Source: Phormidesmis sp. (GTDB taxonomy: Bacteria; Cyanobacteriota; Cyanobacteriia; Leptolyngbyales; Leptolyngbyaceae). Taken from it: DNA of 64,000 nucleotides. Both the position numbers and the translations under genes were made by a program. Shown here piece by piece: positions 61,641-64,000 of this stretch. The DNA lies in contig CBDFJR010000005.1 of assembly GCA_965248535.1 (NCBI GenBank), forward strand, positions 320,001 to 384,000, given 5' to 3'. The notes beneath the pieces are model-generated. The model made no database searches. It worked only from the letters and a program-made list of their open reading frames with translations, and had not been told where the DNA came from. Position 1 is the stretch's first letter, and every line of letters begins with the position of its first letter.

Positions 61641-62055
61641 GCGATACCCATTCATTTCTAGTGATGCAACATTGGGCGAGGCTAGTTTTCGCCCGTATTT
61701 ACCACTCACCCTGTTTCACCAACAAGTTTCTGTCACAGCATCTGGACTGCTAGATACTGGAGCAAGTGTCAATGTATTGCCATATTTGACAGGGGTTGAG
61801 CTTGGATACGAATGGGAACGGCAAACAACCGCGCTGAGTTTGACAGGAAACTTGGCCCAGTATGAGGCGCGTGTTGTGCTTGCTCAGGCTGTCGTTGGGC
61901 AGCTTGAGCAAGTGCAACTTGTATTTGCCTGGACACAGGCTACGAACGTACCACTTATCTTGGGACAAGTTAATTTCTTCATGGAGTTTGATGTTTGTTT
62001 TTACCGTTCACAGCTAGAGTTTTCAATCAGCCTCAAAGTTCCTGCCTCAGAGTAG
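61627..62055 (+). CDS. Retroviral-like (clan AA) aspartic protease family protein
   Basis: LLDTGASVNVLP, PLILGQ..FF. Confidence 0.8.
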   Translation: MRDGERYPFISSDATLGEASFRPYLPLTLFHQQVSVTASGLLDTGASVNVLPYLTGVELGYEWERQTTALSLTGNLAQYEARVVLAQAVVGQLEQVQLVFAWTQATNVPLILGQVNFFMEFDVCFYRSQLEFSISLKVPASE

Positions 62056-62227
62056 CTTGTTGTTATTGCCAACCATCTAACACTGCGTTGGTGCGAACGA
62101 GACAGAAAGGTTATCGGTAGGAGTTTGAGGCTGTTTGTCGCCGCATAACTTCACCGATGTGTGACTTTCATAAAACCGCTCAGAACTGACTCTCACCCTA
62201 GAACCAGAGATTTCTTGAGAGCTAGTA

Positions 62228-63046
62228 TTAATTATCAAAACTGCGGCGGCCCGATCGTCGCCCTGAGTTTTTGCGCGGACGGCGGTTTCTAGAGCCACTA
62301 TTCCGAGTGCGACTCGAATTTTTGCGCGTGGGCTTGGGTTCGTCATGCTCAATGCGGCGGCGAGGCTGATCGTCATCGTCAGAGCGATCGTCAAAATCAG
62401 GGTCTGCGTCTAATCGACGACTCACTGACTCAAACTCATCGCGCCGCAGATAGGGATAGTCGCTCACCCACACGCCGCACCGAGGCACAAAAATATCCGT
62501 GACTTTGGCAATGCGGCTCAGGTCAGAGCGATTGGAGAGCACCACCATTTCGGCAGTGTCACCGGGGGCGATCGCTTGATGTTCTCGCTTGATCGGCACC
62601 TGTAGCTCGGTCATAAACCCAGATTCGTCTTCGACCACTAGATTCAACTTGCGCTCTCGGTTTTCGACCACGACTAGCTCGCCGCGATCGTTGACCGTTT
62701 CTTCTTTGCCGACTACCTCATCTGAAACGTAGACATCCATGACCTCGCCGCGCAAAAAGCCTGCATATTTATAGCGGCGATATTCAATGTTTTTCAACCC
62801 TGCCTGCATCACGGGTCGCCACAGACAATAGACGAGGGCAAACAACCCCAAAAAGAAGCGCAGCCCGCGCAGCTCTTCGATCGGCAGCAGCCAACTCACC
62901 AGCAAAATCACCGCCAGCGCCGAAATCGAGATCAGCACTCGCAGCAAAAAATCTGAAAAGCTGCCCCAAAAGTAGGCATATTGGGCACCCGTCCCCACCG
63001 CAGGGATCAACTGTTCTAGCTTTTTGCGACTGAGAGGAATTAGCAT
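62228..63046 (-). CDS. 2-TM hypothetical protein
   Basis: MLIPLSR...IPAVGTGAQY..YW, WVSDYPYL, basic tail. Confidence 0.75.
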   Translation of the reverse strand: MLIPLSRKKLEQLIPAVGTGAQYAYFWGSFSDFLLRVLISISALAVILLVSWLLPIEELRGLRFFLGLFALVYCLWRPVMQAGLKNIEYRRYKYAGFLRGEVMDVYVSDEVVGKEETVNDRGELVVVENRERKLNLVVEDESGFMTELQVPIKREHQAIAPGDTAEMVVLSNRSDLSRIAKVTDIFVPRCGVWVSDYPYLRRDEFESVSRRLDADPDFDDRSDDDDQPRRRIEHDEPKPTRKNSSRTRNSGSRNRRPRKNSGRRSGRRSFDN

Positions 63047-63418
63047 CGGGCGGACTCAAAAAACCAGTCTGGCTCACCTAGCCTAATATGATTTTGGCTC
63101 AGGAAAGTCTAGGATTATCGCCATTCTAGCGGTTCCAGTCTTTTTACGGACGGGTCAAATGCGCTAGATCACCCGTGATCAGGGAGATCCTACGGATTCT
63201 TTCTCGATCGTCCAGAATTTGTGTACTAAAACTTGAGTACTTCTCGTGAGGGGGGATGGAAATCTATATTCCACAATGAGGACAAGTCAGAGGAACGTAG
63301 TTCGGAAAGGCTAGACAACTAGGGGGCAACTAAGTTTGTTTAGAAATTTTCGGTTCAACGCGTTCTTCAGATGAACTGCCTGACTCCGGGGGCTTTTAGG
63401 GGTCAGGCAATTTTTTGT

Positions 63419-64000
63419 TTAAATGAGTTTCTCTAACCCATAGACCAGGCTTTTGAGAGAGAGCACCTTGCGAATGGAAAGCAAGACCCCAGGCATATAG
63501 CAGGCGCGATCGCTGGTGTCGTGCCGCAGACTATAAATCTGTCCAGGGGCACCAAACATCACTTCTTGGTGGGCGATCAGTCCCGGTAGTCGAATGCTGT
63601 GAATCCGAATCCCTTCAGCCGCTTGTCCGCCTCGCGCTCCCGGAATTTTCTCGGTTTCTTCAACCATGGGTGCATTAAAAGTTTTGCCTAACTCTGCCAA
63701 CATCTGGGCCGTCTGAACGGCCGTCCCGCTGGGAGCGTCGGCTTTTTGATTGTGATGTAGCTCAATAATTTCGACGTGCTCAAAATATTGAGAGGCCTGA
63801 ATCGCCGCTTGCTGCAACAGCACCATGCCGATCGAGAAGTTAGGAATAATCAAACATCCCGTGCTGGCTTTGTCGGCAAAGATTTCTAGCTCGTGAATTT
63901 GACCAGCACTTAACCCGGTTGTACCGACGACGGGGCGAACTCCGTAAGCGATCGCCGATCGCACATTCCCATAAACTGAATCTGGATGCGTCACATCGAC
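63419..64000 (-). CDS. dapB: 4-hydroxy-tetrahydrodipicolinate reductase, 5'-truncated by the window edge
   Basis: [31 protein letters not shown]. Confidence 0.95.
   Translation of the reverse strand, partial: VDVTHPDSVYGNVRSAIAYGVRPVVGTTGLSAGQIHELEIFADKASTGCLIIPNFSIGMVLLQQAAIQASQYFEHVEIIELHHNQKADAPSGTAVQTAQMLAELGKTFNAPMVEETEKIPGARGGQAAEGIRIHSIRLPGLIAHQEVMFGAPGQIYSLRHDTSDRACYMPGVLLSIRKVLSLKSLVYGLEKLI

Overview
Chromosomal window from a cyanobacterium, probably a filamentous Leptolyngbyaceae-like lineage (inference). Evidence: dense HIP1 GCGATCGC octamers and ntcA, gap2, crtD, ctpB and minCDE. Most of it is ordinary core genome: mannose-1-P guanylyltransferase, ctpB, M16 peptidase, crtD, fabG, minCDE, hemW, tex, riboflavin synthase, pgeF, ntcA, fabI, hisB, gap2, cobH and a partial dapB. 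Two accessory islands stand out. (1) 13.8-18.3 kb is a defence/toxin-antitoxin island with a PIN TA pair, a DUF262/DUF1524 nuclease, RelBE, an unknown gene pair and HicBA. Each of the last three modules is preceded by a copy of a ~75-150 bp element encoding the C-terminal tail typical of cyanobacterial NACHT NTPases (RLFLQRVGGRYRFIHKLLQEHFA). (2) 30.3-39.1 kb is an integron cassette array with attC sites but no integrase in the window (CALIN-like). It carries GNAT, ankyrin, MazF-type TA, an orphan Pycsar-effector-like membrane gene, DUF1993, decayed TA genes and SnoaL. One cassette interval contains a ~3.9 kb LysR-associated operon whose aspartoacylase is split in two around a membrane zinc-ribbon gene flanked by 71-bp direct repeats. 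Several conserved genes (ntcA, fructosamine kinase, AMIN protein, PIN toxin, the Pycsar-like gene) carry single small indels that are probably assembly errors. All family assignments come from motif recognition by eye, not database searches.
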